The notes beneath the pieces are model-generated. The model ran no database searches and was not told the origin of the DNA. It saw only the letters and a program-made list of their open reading frames with translations. A DNA stretch of 64,000 nucleotides, taken from the NCBI RefSeq assembly GCF_036321535.1, contig NC_087436.1, forward strand, positions 23,128,001-23,192,000, given 5' to 3'. Below are positions 12,455-25,481 of the stretch, piece by piece. The translations under genes and the position numbers were made by a program. This DNA comes from Camelus dromedarius. Lineage: Eukaryota. Each line of letters opens with the position of its first letter. The stretch's first letter is position 1.

Positions 12455-12685
12455 ATACAATGGTTAAAAGCTGAAAGTCAGGGGCCAGACTGTGAGTCTG
12501 AGGCCCAGGTTTGTCCCTTTCTGCCCATGTGAACTTGAGCTATTTTTCTTGTCTGTGCCTCCACATCCTCCATGAAAAAGTAGGAAACATTATTGTGCCT
12601 ACCTCCTGGGGTTATTATGAGGGCTTAATTATTTTAAAATCACTTAGGAAATACCTGGTGCGCAGTAAGCCTGTTTGTTAGTTAT
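12455..12685 (+). mobile_element. MIR SINE
   Basis: tggttaa...tgtgaacttgagc...ctgtgcctc...cctacctcctggggttattatgagg...cacttag..cctgg: MIR core. Confidence 0.75.
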
Positions 12686-15600
12686 TTTCAAACTGTTTAA
12701 AATGATAGATTTTGAAATACTTCTGAGTCATAAAGAGAAAATTACATCTCAGAAAATATTTCCTCTTGGGGGAGGGACAGGCCATCACAACACAGCACAC
12801 AGCAAGACTGTCCAAAAATCCTCCCACGTTTGACTTGTTTCTTTATTTCCTCCCAAACCTCTCCTCCTTCCTGGATTTTTCTTCCTGTGGCTTCTCTTGC
12901 GGAGAGGAATCTGGCCTCTACCTGGATTCCTCTGGTTTGTTACCTCCACTCAGTATTCCCCAGGCCTGGTGGCCAAGGAACAAGCAAAAAATCTTCAGTG
13001 GGACAGAGGGGAGGAGGGGGGAATATTGCAAATGCACTTAGATTTCTTGGTTCACTTTGACACACTGATAATCTCATGGTCTCTTCAACAGTGGATGGCC
13101 AAAGTTGCTAGAGCTATTCATGGAGCTTCTGCAAATGCCCAAGGCAGCTACAGAAGTAAGCTTCTCCCAAGTCCTACCAAGCTGCCATTCTTCTTTGCAC
13201 ACACTATCATGATGTGTCACACTTTTACATGACTATCCTTATCAGTTCATTTAAAATTTGTTTATCTATTTTCACTTTGGAAACAGAAAGTGTTGTCTTT
13301 AGAAAAAAACAGATACCAGTCTATGTGCCAAACCTGGGGACAGGCTTTCTCTTTATTAGCTGGCCTTAAACAGGCCCTTTTCGTACTTCAAAACAGATTG
13401 CCACGGTGATTTCTATGAAGACCTAACCCTAGTCAGATGGGGCACACTGCACACTGCATTTTGAACCATTCAGGTTGTTTAGGAGATGCTCAATCTAGTA
13501 TCCCCAAAGAAGATCCACGGAAACCATTCAAATGATGTTGTCATTTTGTTTCCAAGTTCATTGTCTCCACCTGAAGATTCTTTCATGCACTTGGGCCAAA
13601 CCTATGTCCTAGTAGGCTGGGGGTCAGACCTACTGAGAAGAAGTGGGCTGAGGAAAAGAAAGAGATAGCAACATTAGGTAGAAACGGGGACGAGCATTCC
13701 TGACCAAGGGTCTCTAGTGGCCGATTGGCTCTGGGGATGGCCAAGTGAAGGATTTCACTCTTTAGATTGTCAAAGTGGCAGGGGACCTTGGCTGATTCTG
13801 GAAGAGATCTCTGTATTTACGGCCATCATAGCTGACAGCGTCTTCAAAATTAAAGAGTCTTAGGAAGAGTAGCAATTCATAAGGAGAAGTATGAATGAAT
13901 TTCTTTATGTTCTACTAAAAAAAAAACTGCCCTTACAGTGACTGTCTTCCCTTACGAGTCTTCATTGGTTTGATAATCAAAGGTCACTTTTAAAAATCTA
14001 AGAACCAGTATTGAAAATGAGCTTAAACACAAACCCAATTCGTCACTTTATTGGAACCAATAAATACTTCACGAATTTGTCATTACGAGAGTGAGAGTTT
14101 CATCTTTTCAAACGAGTCTTTTTGCCGTGTTCACAAATTTTGAGTTAAAGGATACTCTAAGGACTATAAAACAGAGATGTCTTTATTTATTGAATGGTCC
14201 CTACCATTGGGCTTCAAAGTCTTAGAGCACAAATAAAGAGTGCCCCCAAACAGAATTCTGACTTAATGAGGTTTTATTTTTTTCCCATCGGGTGTGTTTC
14301 ATGTCACAGACACTCCCCTTGTCACGATGCTGGTGACCTTGGACTCGGGCATGACTGCGCACTCCATGACACTCAATACTGCAGCCTTGATTGCTCTTCG
14401 GAGACATCACAGGGACATGGTACCCTCCCCTTCCCACTCACCCCACCCTGACCCCAAAAAGGAACTGAAAGAGGACCACATACCCTGGTGGAGTGGGGAC
14501 AGACCAGAGAGCTTCGCCCTAAGTACCCACGTACACATACTTGTGTGTGATGTACAGGGAGTGGCCTCAAATCAGGGTTCTAAAGACAAATGTCTGCTCC
14601 TTCTCTTGGATACTCAAGCCCAAGCAGTAAATATACTTTGCAAATAGGCATACCTGCCACTTCCCCGAATCACAGTAATACCTGACATTTACTATGCTTT
14701 TCCTAGATGCCAAGCACTGTTCAAAGTATGCTCTGTGTGTCTCAAGAGAGGTGAAGAGCGGACACAGCTGATCAGTGGTCCAGTTGGAATGTGAACACAG
14801 GCAGCATTGCTTTAGAACTAGATGTTTTTAGTCTTTACACCATTCCCCCTCCCTTAACTTCTCTTTACCGCAACGTCTTCTAAATAATTATACCTTATTA
14901 TAAGTGTGTTGTGAGGATCAAAATAAACAAATAAGAAGAGCACTTGACACAGTGCCTAGTACGGGGAGAAAGCTCAATGGGTGTGAGTTGCTAGGAATAG
15001 TAGTGAATTTGCCCAAAGTCACAAACGTAAGTGGCCCAACCAGGATTCCAAACAGGGAGCATGTTTACAGAGTCCACCCTTAACACGACTGGTCCTGCTG
15101 CTCTGAGTCAGTGACATCAGAGGTAAGATGCCAGCACTGGGGCAGGCACAGAACAGTCAGTGTCAGTCACATATCTTCCTCCTTCTTGCTGAGAGATGAA
15201 CCAAGGCACAGAAACGCTCTTATTTATAAAGTAATGACCAACTTTGAAAAGAGAAGCCAGTTCAGATTCCACATCACACTTCCTTTCTCACGCTTACATA
15301 CAAGACAAAAAGTACAGTACATGAAACAGAAGGCATACGTTCAAAAAATGGATCGTATACTTGGCTTCCTCTTTTACTTCCCTTTTTTATCCTCTTGCTT
15401 CATTGTATTGAAACTACCAGGAAGGAACGGATCCCTAGTTCCTCATGATGTATCATCTGCCTCGTGTCAAGAGGAATGCTTAGATTAGTCACAAGCTCAC
15501 AGTTAGCCACATGAGGCGCACAGCACATTTCATTTTGCTCTGACAGCGTCTGCTGTAGGTATGAACACTCACATTTCAATTTTGAAGGAAGCTAGCAATC

Positions 15601-16949
15601 ACCTGATACGTCTTTAGCAATATAATAGTGCAATTCTAGATTTTTCTCCTTAAGAAATCTTGTACTTTACATACTGTGGAAGACAGATCTTCTGACTTTG
15701 TCCTCTGATATTCTCCCTGAGATGGAGGCATCTTTAAAATCTTGAGGAGATCACTCTGGGCTTCCTGGCTTATCTAGATTGCAAATCAAACCTTAAACTC
15801 TGACAGCAGAGTTTCTGCTGTAAGTTAAGCTACAGCAGAAGGAGAACTCGGACCTCTCCTGCAAGTGAAGCCATGTGTCTCAGTGAGAAGGCGTCCCCAG
15901 GCTGAACCCCCACCGCCTCATCAGCACACACACCGCACCACATTGAAGCCGCTGTAACGGGAAGTGGAGCTGCACCATGTCTGTGGTGGGAGGGCTGACC
16001 TAACCGGGAGAGGCAGAGAAGAGTCCAGAAGTGTCTGTCCTCCCTTGGTCCACCCCAGCCCATCACCAGGAAGAATAAAAGTTGCTGGCAGGCCTGGAAG
16101 GGTTGTGCTGACTAGGACAAGGAGAAGTCATATCGAAAGGATGTGGTGTGACCGACTCCAGGGCTGGAGTGTGGATCCAGCTACACCTCGGTGGTTTATC
16201 AGCCAGTCCCGGCTGAGAACATCCAGCTGTCTTTGGAGGGGCTTCCCTGAGAAGAGGAAGAGCGTTCAGATGATGAGCAGCCAAAGAGACAGAGGGTTCA
16301 CCCTGACTATCACGTATAGAACCCCCTTGTCACGGAGGGATATCAATTCCCATGAACCTACCATGTTGACAAAACCACAGCTGACACGAAAAACCTATCA
16401 TAACCAACAGATTAAGGAAGAATATAAAGCAGCATTGAAAGCCTCTGTTTTTAACTGTACAAAGACGTTCTAGAAGGCATCAGTTTTCAGAACATGTTCG
16501 ATTCATCAGAACAGTGTGAAGCAGCTCTGCTCGTAGGTGGCCCTGCTGCCGGGTGCCCCTGGGCCCCCACTGCTTAGGAAACCTTGGGTCAGCACCAGCA
16601 GCTGCAGAGGGGAGGTCACCACAGAGTTTACATAGGAACCCTGCATCTCTTGGAGGGGGGAGTTCAGAGTCATTTGCATCATCCCCTGTTTCTCTTCCAC
16701 GTTTGAGCAAGATCCTGGCGTAACCACTGACCTTTTCATATATTATCACAATTCTTTTCAGGGCCTAGTCTACACATACACAAGGGAGTGGAACACAAAC
16801 AGATCTTCCCTCACCCGGACCTGCCCTTGTTCACTGTGAGAGAAAGAGGCCGTAATTGCAGTCCTGATCTTCAGTTAACTCTGCAGAGTAAAGAAGCATC
16901 AAAGAAACCTTTGGAACGCAGATGCAAAGCCATGTTGCCTCTAAATAGT

Positions 16950-17790
16950 ACTTAGCCATGGGAATAAAGGATATCTCTTTGTCCGTGTATGTTAATATGC
17001 ACAGACTGATGTTTGGAAAGATGTTTACCAAAGAGGTAATTGTTATCACTAACTGGAGATATTTTGGGAAATTTTATTTTCTTGCTATACTTTTCTGTTA
17101 TGTTCATCTTTTTATAATAAACATTTACTCTTTTTATAATCTAAAAAATAAAACTATTTTATTCTTGGAAAAAGAAGTATTACTGTGTCTGCTGAAAGCC
17201 CTAAAATGTAATAAAAGTGCAAAGCCATGTTACTATGTTCCACCCCAAATAACAGTGAAAGATACTTTCATGCAAAATATTAGATAGGGTTGTGGAGAAA
17301 CAGGTGTTGCAGAAAAGATTAGATACAGCTTTCTGGGGAGTGATTTGCCAATGTGTGTGAAGAGCATTACAAATGTGCATTCTAGATGGCCCAGAAATTC
17401 TACTTTTAGGAGTCTACACTAAGAAAATACTTAGAAAAATATGCAAAGATACATAGGCAAACGTCCATCACAGACACCTATATAATATTTTAAAGATGCA
17501 AAAAATTATGGCAGACAAGTTAAATAAATGAAGATCTACCACATAATTAAATAACATGCAGTCAAAAAAATTAATTCTATAAATGTTCATTGTAAAGAAT
17601 CTGCAGATGTGTCTGCAGTATAGTTATGCAGCCAAAGCACATTACAAAAGTTTATGTGTCGTGTGAACTCATGTCTGTTTGGAAAGAAAATCACACACTC
17701 TGGATTTAGACTTTTTTTCTTTTTGTTTATCTGTATTTTCTAATTTTTCCATAATCCACATGATTTACTTCTGTGATTAAACATTAAACA
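16950..17790 (+). mobile_element. Old L1 (L1ME-like) fragments
   Basis: gggttgtggagaaacagg...tttctggggag...cccagaaattctacttttagga; degenerate. Confidence 0.55.
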
Positions 17791-19139
17791 TCAGGAGGAA
17801 TGTTAATTGGAGATGTTTAAATTTGTAGAATAGTTCATGTGACCCCCCTTACACACAAAAACACACACACATGCAGAACACACATACAGCTTACAATATA
17901 GATGGTTACTTGCTCCACGACCTGGTAAAGCCAGTGTATGATCTGGCACTAGCTTCAGGGGGTCTCACTGCAGCTGTAAGGATAGTTACATAGAGTTAAT
18001 TTGATCCAGTGAAATCTCTTATGCAACACTGTTCCAACTAACCACCAACCAACTATCTTTATTTAGAATTCTGTGATTTTCTATTGGCACATCTGAGATA
18101 GATTTTCTCATTTCTTTCGAAAGGTTTTTAAATTTAGATTTTGTGTTAAAACCCAAGGCCACAGTTTGTAGAGAAAGATACATTCAGTAGGTACTTATTT
18201 TTGTTTTCAATATGTGCCTTTCAGTGTTCTTTAGGTGAGTGAGGGATGGCTCTGTGCAAGGGAAGAAAGGGGAAATTTTTTTTTTTTTTTTTAAGTTTCA
18301 TTCAGGGACAGAATGTCTCAGCTTCCAATCTGATTGACTGAGTCATTCCCATTAAAAGCAAACTGTAATTTTCATTGGAATAGAAAATCAGTGTGATTTA
18401 ACACATCTCTTTTTATGGAAGATTGCTTTTCACAGCCTATAAGAGGATTGCAAGTGACAAAAAAAAAAAAAAAAAAAAGAAAAAAAGGCAAAATTTCTCA
18501 CCAGTACAATTTTATGATGAAAATGCCTATTTAGGTCTGTATTTTATAGAAGAAATAAAGGTTATCATGGAAGGGCGGTACATTCTGTAAAAGAAACGTC
18601 AGCGATAAATGCCTAAACAGAGTGATGAGAGCCTTGGGACAGCTACAGAGCGAGTCATTTTTTGCCTTTTTCTCAATTCTGATCAAGGTGGTTCAACGGC
18701 CACCTCTCATGCTTACCCTTTGGGTATTAAGTGATCAGAGCTCTGATATTTCTCCTTTGGTGCAGTGAATAAGTGCATTTTCTCACTTAATGTTTTATAT
18801 TTAAAGTTTTTCAAAGATGTTTGACTTCCAGATCATATATGTTTTATATCTGTAATCTTGTTTGGAAGCTCTGAGAGGCTGGAATTCAAAAGGTAAGGGA
18901 TTTAACTATAATTGATAAATTAGAAGATTTCGGTAGTAAGTTGTCCTTTCGTGTTAGTACTGGTGCCTACATATTCCTTCTTTTAAATCATTTATTAAAT
19001 GTATCTTAAAAATGTTGAAGATCTGAGATTCAAGATAGAATACAGTATTCCTCTAGTGAGAATGTTGTCGGTATAAAAGAAAGACAGCTGAGTTATCTTA
19101 TTCTGAAAAGAAAATTGCAATTTTTTCCCCTTAAGTCAT

Positions 19140-20460
19140 TAAAAAAATTTTTAAATTAATTTTAGTTAAACTGAAAATGCCCCACAGTTCATCCATTTCT
19201 CCTATCAGCTACCCTCCACATTTTGCTTATCTGTACTAATAATTTGCTCTCTGGATCTATGAACTTGGGTTTAGTTAGTTTGTTTTTTAGATTTCACATA
19301 TAAGAGAAATCATACAATATTTGTCTTTCTCTATCTGACTTATCTCATTTAGCATAACGTCCTCAAGTTCCATTCATGGTGGTGCAAATGGCAAGGTTTT
19401 ATTTTTTTTCAAGGTTTCATTTTTTAATATACGCTTCTATATATATACACCACAATTCTTTATCCATTCATTCATTAATGAACTCTTAGGTTGCTTCCAT
19501 ATCTTGACTATTATAAGTAATGCTACAGTGAATGTGGGGTTTCATACAACTTTTCAAGTTAGTGTTTTTGTTTCCTTTGGATAAATACCTGGAGGAAGTA
19601 CAATTCTTGGGTCATATGGTAGTTCTAATTTTAACTTTTTGAGAAACTTCCATACTGTCTTCTATAGTATACATTCCCAGCAAGAGTCCACAAGAGTTCC
19701 CTTTTCTCCACATCCTTGCTAACACTTGCTATTTCTTGTCTTTTTGGTAACAGTCATTCTAACAGGTGTGAGGTGATATCTCATTGTGGTTTTGACTTGC
19801 ATTTCTCTGGTGATTAATGAAGTTGAACATCTTTTTATGTATCTGTTGGTCATCTGAATGTCTTTTTTGGAAAAATGTTTATTCAGATCTTCTGCCCACT
19901 TTTTAATTGGATTGTTTGGGGCTTTTTTTTTTTTTGCTATTGAGCTGTATGTGGTTTTTATATATTTTGGATGTTAATATTTTATCAGATATATGATTTG
20001 CAAATATTTTCTCCCCATCAGTGGGTTGCCTTTTTATTTTATTGTTGGTTTCCTTTGCTGTGCAGAAGTTTTTTAGTTTGATGTAGTCCCACTTGTTAAT
20101 TTTTGCTTTTGTTGCTTTTGTTTTTGGTGTCAGATTAAAAAAAATCATCACTAAGATGTTTGTCAAGGTGTGTACTGTCTTGTTTTATTACATTTTCTTC
20201 TAGGAGTTTATGATCTTGGGTCTTACATTTAAGTCTTTAATCCATTTTGAATTAATTTTTGTGTATGGTGTAAAATAGTGGTCCAGTTTCATTCTTTTGA
20301 ACATGGCTGTCCAGTTTTCTCAACACCATTTATTGAAGAGATTGTCTTTTACCCATTGTATACTCTTGGCTCCTTTGTCATAAATTAATTGACTTTATGT
20401 ACATGGGTTTATTTCTGGGCTCTCTATTCTGTTCCATTGTTCTACCTGTCTATTTTTATG
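19140..20460 (-). mobile_element. 5'-truncated L1 (~1.3 kb; ORF2 C-terminal remnant + 3' UTR)
   Basis: Minus ORF 19903-20166 ([28 protein letters not shown]...[11 protein letters not shown]) is L1 ORF2; 3' UTR toward the left. Confidence 0.93.
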
Positions 20461-23234
20461 CTTAAGTTAAGGAAACAAAAGCTATAGGTAAGGAAAAGAA
20501 ATTGGTTGATAGAGAAATGACACTAGGACGAATGTATTGTATATAGAGAAGCAGAGATTCAGAGAGAGTGAGGGAGACAGAGACAGAGACAGAGACACAG
20601 CTGGTCCCAGAACTTCCTGAGGGTCTCTGGTCCCAATTTAGCCTATGTAAGTCTTACGGTAACCTCTCTCTCTCTCCTTTTTTAAACAAGATCAAACTAC
20701 TAGGTTTCTTAGCATTAAACAAAACAAGATATGTTATATTTACGTAATATAAAATTATAACCAAGAAGATATGGTCATTAAAAAACAAGTTGTCAAAAGT
20801 AAGTTGTCTCATAGACCTCTGTTGTGCAGGCTTGCCCTGACTCCTGTCACTTTATTTTTATTTTTTGGTCACCTTTTTCTGATAACAGTTCTCTGATTTG
20901 CCTTTAGGGACTGACCCTCCCCCTATCACCACCTCCCCAGGGTAAGCATGTGCCTCTCAGTTCCAGCCAATCAGTGAATCCTAACACCCAGATCACAGTG
21001 ACAGATACTGGCCATGAAACCATTATGTAAATATGAATTATTTTAATTATTGAGACAAATGTGACAATGTATGGAATAAGAAGAAAAAATTGCAATCAAG
21101 ATTTGAGATCCTAAAAAAAAAAAGATTTGAGATCCTAATAGTCTCCTAAATAATAAAATCAACTTCCAAGTCAAGTTCCTTCCCTTTTCTGAGCTTCAGT
21201 TTCCTTGTGTAACAAATGAAAAGCTCAACCTAACTGTAGTTGGGGTGTCTCAAGGTCCTTTTCTTCCTAAAGCTTGCAACTTTTCTGAAGTTTTGACATT
21301 CAGGAGTCATGTGTTTCCTTGTTGGGCATGTACAGAGGCCCCAGTGCTAAGCCTCGGAATACGACAATGACGTCACAGTCTTGGCCTCGGGGAACTTGCT
21401 GTTGGGTGACTGTGAAGCAGGCAAAGTGTCTACACACCCTTCTTTGTGATCTAATCTCTCTACCTCGTCACTCTTCCCCAACCATTAAAACGTGCCCTCT
21501 TCAATAACAGTTAATCAGAAAATAAATCTCTACTAACACCTTCCTTCATTTTTCTCCCCTTGAGAGGTAGCTGTTTTCTTTCCTTCTGTCATTCCAGGAA
21601 CACAAGATTGGACAGAGGTCGTCTGGTCACTTCCTCTAACATGAAGAGAAATAAGGCTTTATTCAGTTTTGATCTCCAGAGCATCTCAGAATTCAGCAGG
21701 TGGGCTGATCCACTGAATGGAGGCAAGGTAGAACTGTTAGATATTGGAGCTACTTTGAAGGATCCTTTCCCTCAAATCACACTATAGATACACAGATGGT
21801 CCTGGCTGCAGACCTGTTCAGCCACTTAAAGCTGAAAGAACCAAACTGTGGCTTCTGTATCATCCATTAGCTCCATTACTTGCAGAGTAGATGGTTGTGG
21901 TGACTCATTGATCTGGTTTTTCCAGTTGGGTTAGCAACTTAGATCTACCGAGGAGGTCTCTATACAGATATCAAAGCTACTGCAAAGAAATGGATCTTTG
22001 AAACAATATTACTCTTCCCTATCCCAGCTGGCCACCCTCTCTTTCTGCCTCACTGGGTACCAGAAATCCCAAATACTCTCCTAGAACTATTGGCCTTCTA
22101 GGTTGCACAGGGAAGATTTGGGCATTTAAAAAAAAAAAAAAAAAGGTTCTTGTTAACATGTTACCTTCAGCTAGAAGGCAAGGGAAGAAGTTGGCTACTT
22201 TAGCATTTTATTAATCTGCTGGGTGAATTTTCTCTGCTGAAACTAGAACTGAATTTTCTACTGGCCCGACCACTCCTGAGGCTAGGGAGCAATGGAATGG
22301 CTAGTTGGATTAGCAGTCTGCAGCCTTCATGCCCTTATTTCCGGGAGAGTTTGCCATGAAGAAGTGGACAGTGCAGTTGGGAAGTTGGGGTGGGGACTGT
22401 GGGCAGAAATAAAGTTCCTAAGACTCCATAGTATTTCCAAGGGTGGCAAGACCCTGACCACAAAGTAGAGGGCTTATTGTGAGAGGAGTGAGGATAGGGA
22501 GGGAAATACACCCCTGTGAAGGTGAAAAAGCGGGAAAGGTAGAAACATGTAGGAATGAGGGTCAGAGTTGGCAAAGACAAATTTACTGCCCTCAAAATTT
22601 TGCTTCAATCAAATATGCTCACTAAGTAGTAAACCCACTGATTGCTCCAAGGTGGGCCATCAGAACCCTACTGAAGTTGAATTTTTCCATGTGGAAGAGG
22701 GGAGTAGGAGATCTCAGGGGATACAAAGACTGTGATGTCATTTACTCTTATCTTATCTAGGCATCTGCTGAATGCTTTAAGTGCTTTGAGACAATCCTTG
22801 GGCTTAAAACCAATGAGAATGATTTGAAAGTTAAAACTACTCATCTATTTTACTGAAGAACTAGTTGGATTAATTAGGTTCTCTTTGTGTTATTTCTAGT
22901 TCAGGCACATTTGATTGTTCTTTATCTTTTCTTTTCTTTTTTAAACAAAGCCACACGTTAGTAAGGGAGCAGTTAATAGTAGGGGACCGGCAAGCTGCCA
23001 TGAACTCCTTGTAGTTTCTCTGGTTCTTTGCAATGTCCTTTTACTATAGATTATTACAACTCAATACCATAGTGGAAGCCCAGATTTCCAGGAAAGAATG
23101 TGCCTAACTCCTTCAAAAAACCAGAAAATAGCTAAGGACTTAAATCTTTTTCTTGTTTCCTCTTGGTGTCCAAGCTTATTCTCAAAGCAAATTTTTGTAA
23201 GTTTGTTTTGGTTTTTATTATTTATTTCACATTT

Positions 23235-23350
23235 TAATCTTCACAAAGGCAGAAATTTTTGTATGTTTTGTTCACTTGTTATCCCCAGGGTCTAGAGTCT
23301 AGTAGGCATTCAATAATTCCATGCTGAATGAATGCGTGAATGAACACATG
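23235..23350 (+). mobile_element. L2 3' end
   Basis: aaggcagaaattttt..gttcact..tatcccca..tagtaggcattcaataa..tgaatgaatg. Confidence 0.7.
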
Positions 23351-24637
23351 AATTATATAAGCAAACACCATTTTGGCAATAACAGACAAAAAGTGCTACA
23401 CTAAGGTCCCACTTTAGGGCCAAGGCACAGATGTTAAGTCACAGCTTTGAGCAGTATGATAAGGACACTCCAGGAGATAGTATGAAGTCACTTAGTGGAG
23501 TTTTAAAAAATGCATATTCTATAAAATAAAAGAATATCTATGGAAGCAGTTCAAAATATTAAAATTATATAAATACAAAATTAATACAATTTTACATATG
23601 TACAATTTGCAATCTTATTGTTTATTTTTTAAATTTGCAATAGATTTTGTGACTGAGGCCACTATGTGGTGCCAAATGAAATTTTTGAGTCTATGTTAAA
23701 AATGTGGAATTTCCACAAATGCCCGGAGATTCAAAATGTTTCCTAAAGAGGCAGAAGGTCAATGTGGTAAGGTAAAGGGAGACTTCCGTTCCTTGAGAGC
23801 CCACTGGATAGGAAACCAACAGGTGTAAAGGCAGCCTCTCTAAAACGGCTAGGATGCGACTCACTCAGCTATTGAAAGGAATTCAGCCCTCCAAGTGAGA
23901 ACTACAAAAGTGAAAAATGTGAAGTCCACACATGAAAGTCTCATTTGAATGATTTGCTCATTGGGGAAGGGATAAGTCCCTAGGATTGTCCAACTTTCAC
24001 GACAAAGCAGAGCTTGGTAAATTCCCATTATCTGGGAAGAGGAGCCTTTTTCTTTTTTATCAGCTATCTTCAGATCTCCGGGGTGTAAAAAGAAGTGGGA
24101 AAAAAAAGGTCATCAGATAGGTAGAAGGGCTGCGATCACCACAAAAAGGCTCGAAATACCGGGGAAAGTGAAACTGTCTTGGGATAAAGCAGGCCCAGTT
24201 TTGTGTCTCTGATTTCCATGATTCTTTTTAAAAATTTAAATCCATCCATTAAGTGTGGATAAATCCTTGAATTCTGCCATGTCCAGGCCTCGAAGCGCCA
24301 AAGGCCTCGTATAGGGACCAGCTGTGGTGTGAATTAGTTGCTCTAAGCTTTTGGGCTGCTTCCAACTTCGCTATTGCTCGTGCCCTACAGGTCAAGGAAA
24401 GAAGTGATGTAATGCATTTAGCTGGGCCACTTTAATTACAATGGAATGGAGAAGGGGAGGGGTTACAGGCGGTGACAAGTTTAGCGCATGACTTGCCCTA
24501 GAGATGCAGGAAACAAAAACATCGACAACCATTGGCTGCGTCCACTTCCGACCCCGGTCTCTAGCTCTAAGTCTGGAAGCCTGAAACACACTTCTTGGGA
24601 AAAGGGGTGGCGCCAGCCTACAGAGCGTCAACCATAA

Positions 24638-24667
24638 ACACACACACAGCGCGCGCGCGCACACACC
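24638..24667. repeat. (CA)n-(GC)n-(CA)n alternating purine-pyrimidine tract
   Basis: acacacacacagcgcgcgcgcgcacacac read directly. Confidence 0.9.
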
Positions 24668-25481
24668 CCACGGAGGCTGGCAGCGTCCTCCCTGCTGGGA
24701 TGGGCGTGGGGCCGAGTGCTTGCTACATGGTCCCCAGAAGGTACCCCCAAAGCCAGTCGCCGCGGCCCTGCTCGGCGCGCAGGGCCCACGGAGGGCTCGC
24801 GTCCGCGGAAGCTGGTGTCACCCCGGCTCGCTCCTTGTGAGCCGTGCTGTCGTCATTCATTCGCAGTGTCCGGAGCGTCCTTCCAGCGGGGAGCTGGGCT
24901 TCACCGGGGGTGCGAGTGGCCCCGACGCGGAGTGTTAACGCGCGGTGACCTCGAGGGCTCTGAGCCGCTAGAGGCCGAGGCGGCCCGGACCCCGGGTGGG
25001 CGCTGCGGGACCAGCTGCGCCTCGGCCCAGCTCCGCCCGACCCGAGGGGCCGAATCAGCTCGCGTCGCCCGCAGCCAGCCCTGCCGTCCGCCGAGCCGGA
25101 TCCCGAGACTGAGCCACACCACTTCCTCCTCCTCCTCCCGCTCCCCTTCCTCCTTCTCCTCCTGCCGCGGTGCGCCCCAGCCAGGCTGCGGAGCGAAGGG
25201 CCTGGGCATCTGCGGCCGCGGGCTCGCGAGGGGCGGCGGCGCCGCGGAGAGGATGCTGCTCGCGGTGCCAGCCTCCTCGCGGTTCTCCCTAACCGGCCGC
25301 GGGGGCTTTGTCTCCGTCCGGGCGCCGCGGGCCACCCCCTGGTGAAGTCGCTCTCAGCCGCCGCACCTCGCCGGCGGGCGGGCGGGCGCGCGTGTGCCCG
25401 GGAGTGCGCGCCTGTGCGCGCTGGTGTGCGCGGGACCCGACCCGCCGCCCCATTGTGCGTCCGCCGGCGGCGCCCGGGAAC

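Noticed and set aside
15964..16473. 169-aa ORF upstream of the gene
   Set aside because: Non-ATG start, no recognisable homology, no clear splice or retrocopy hallmarks.
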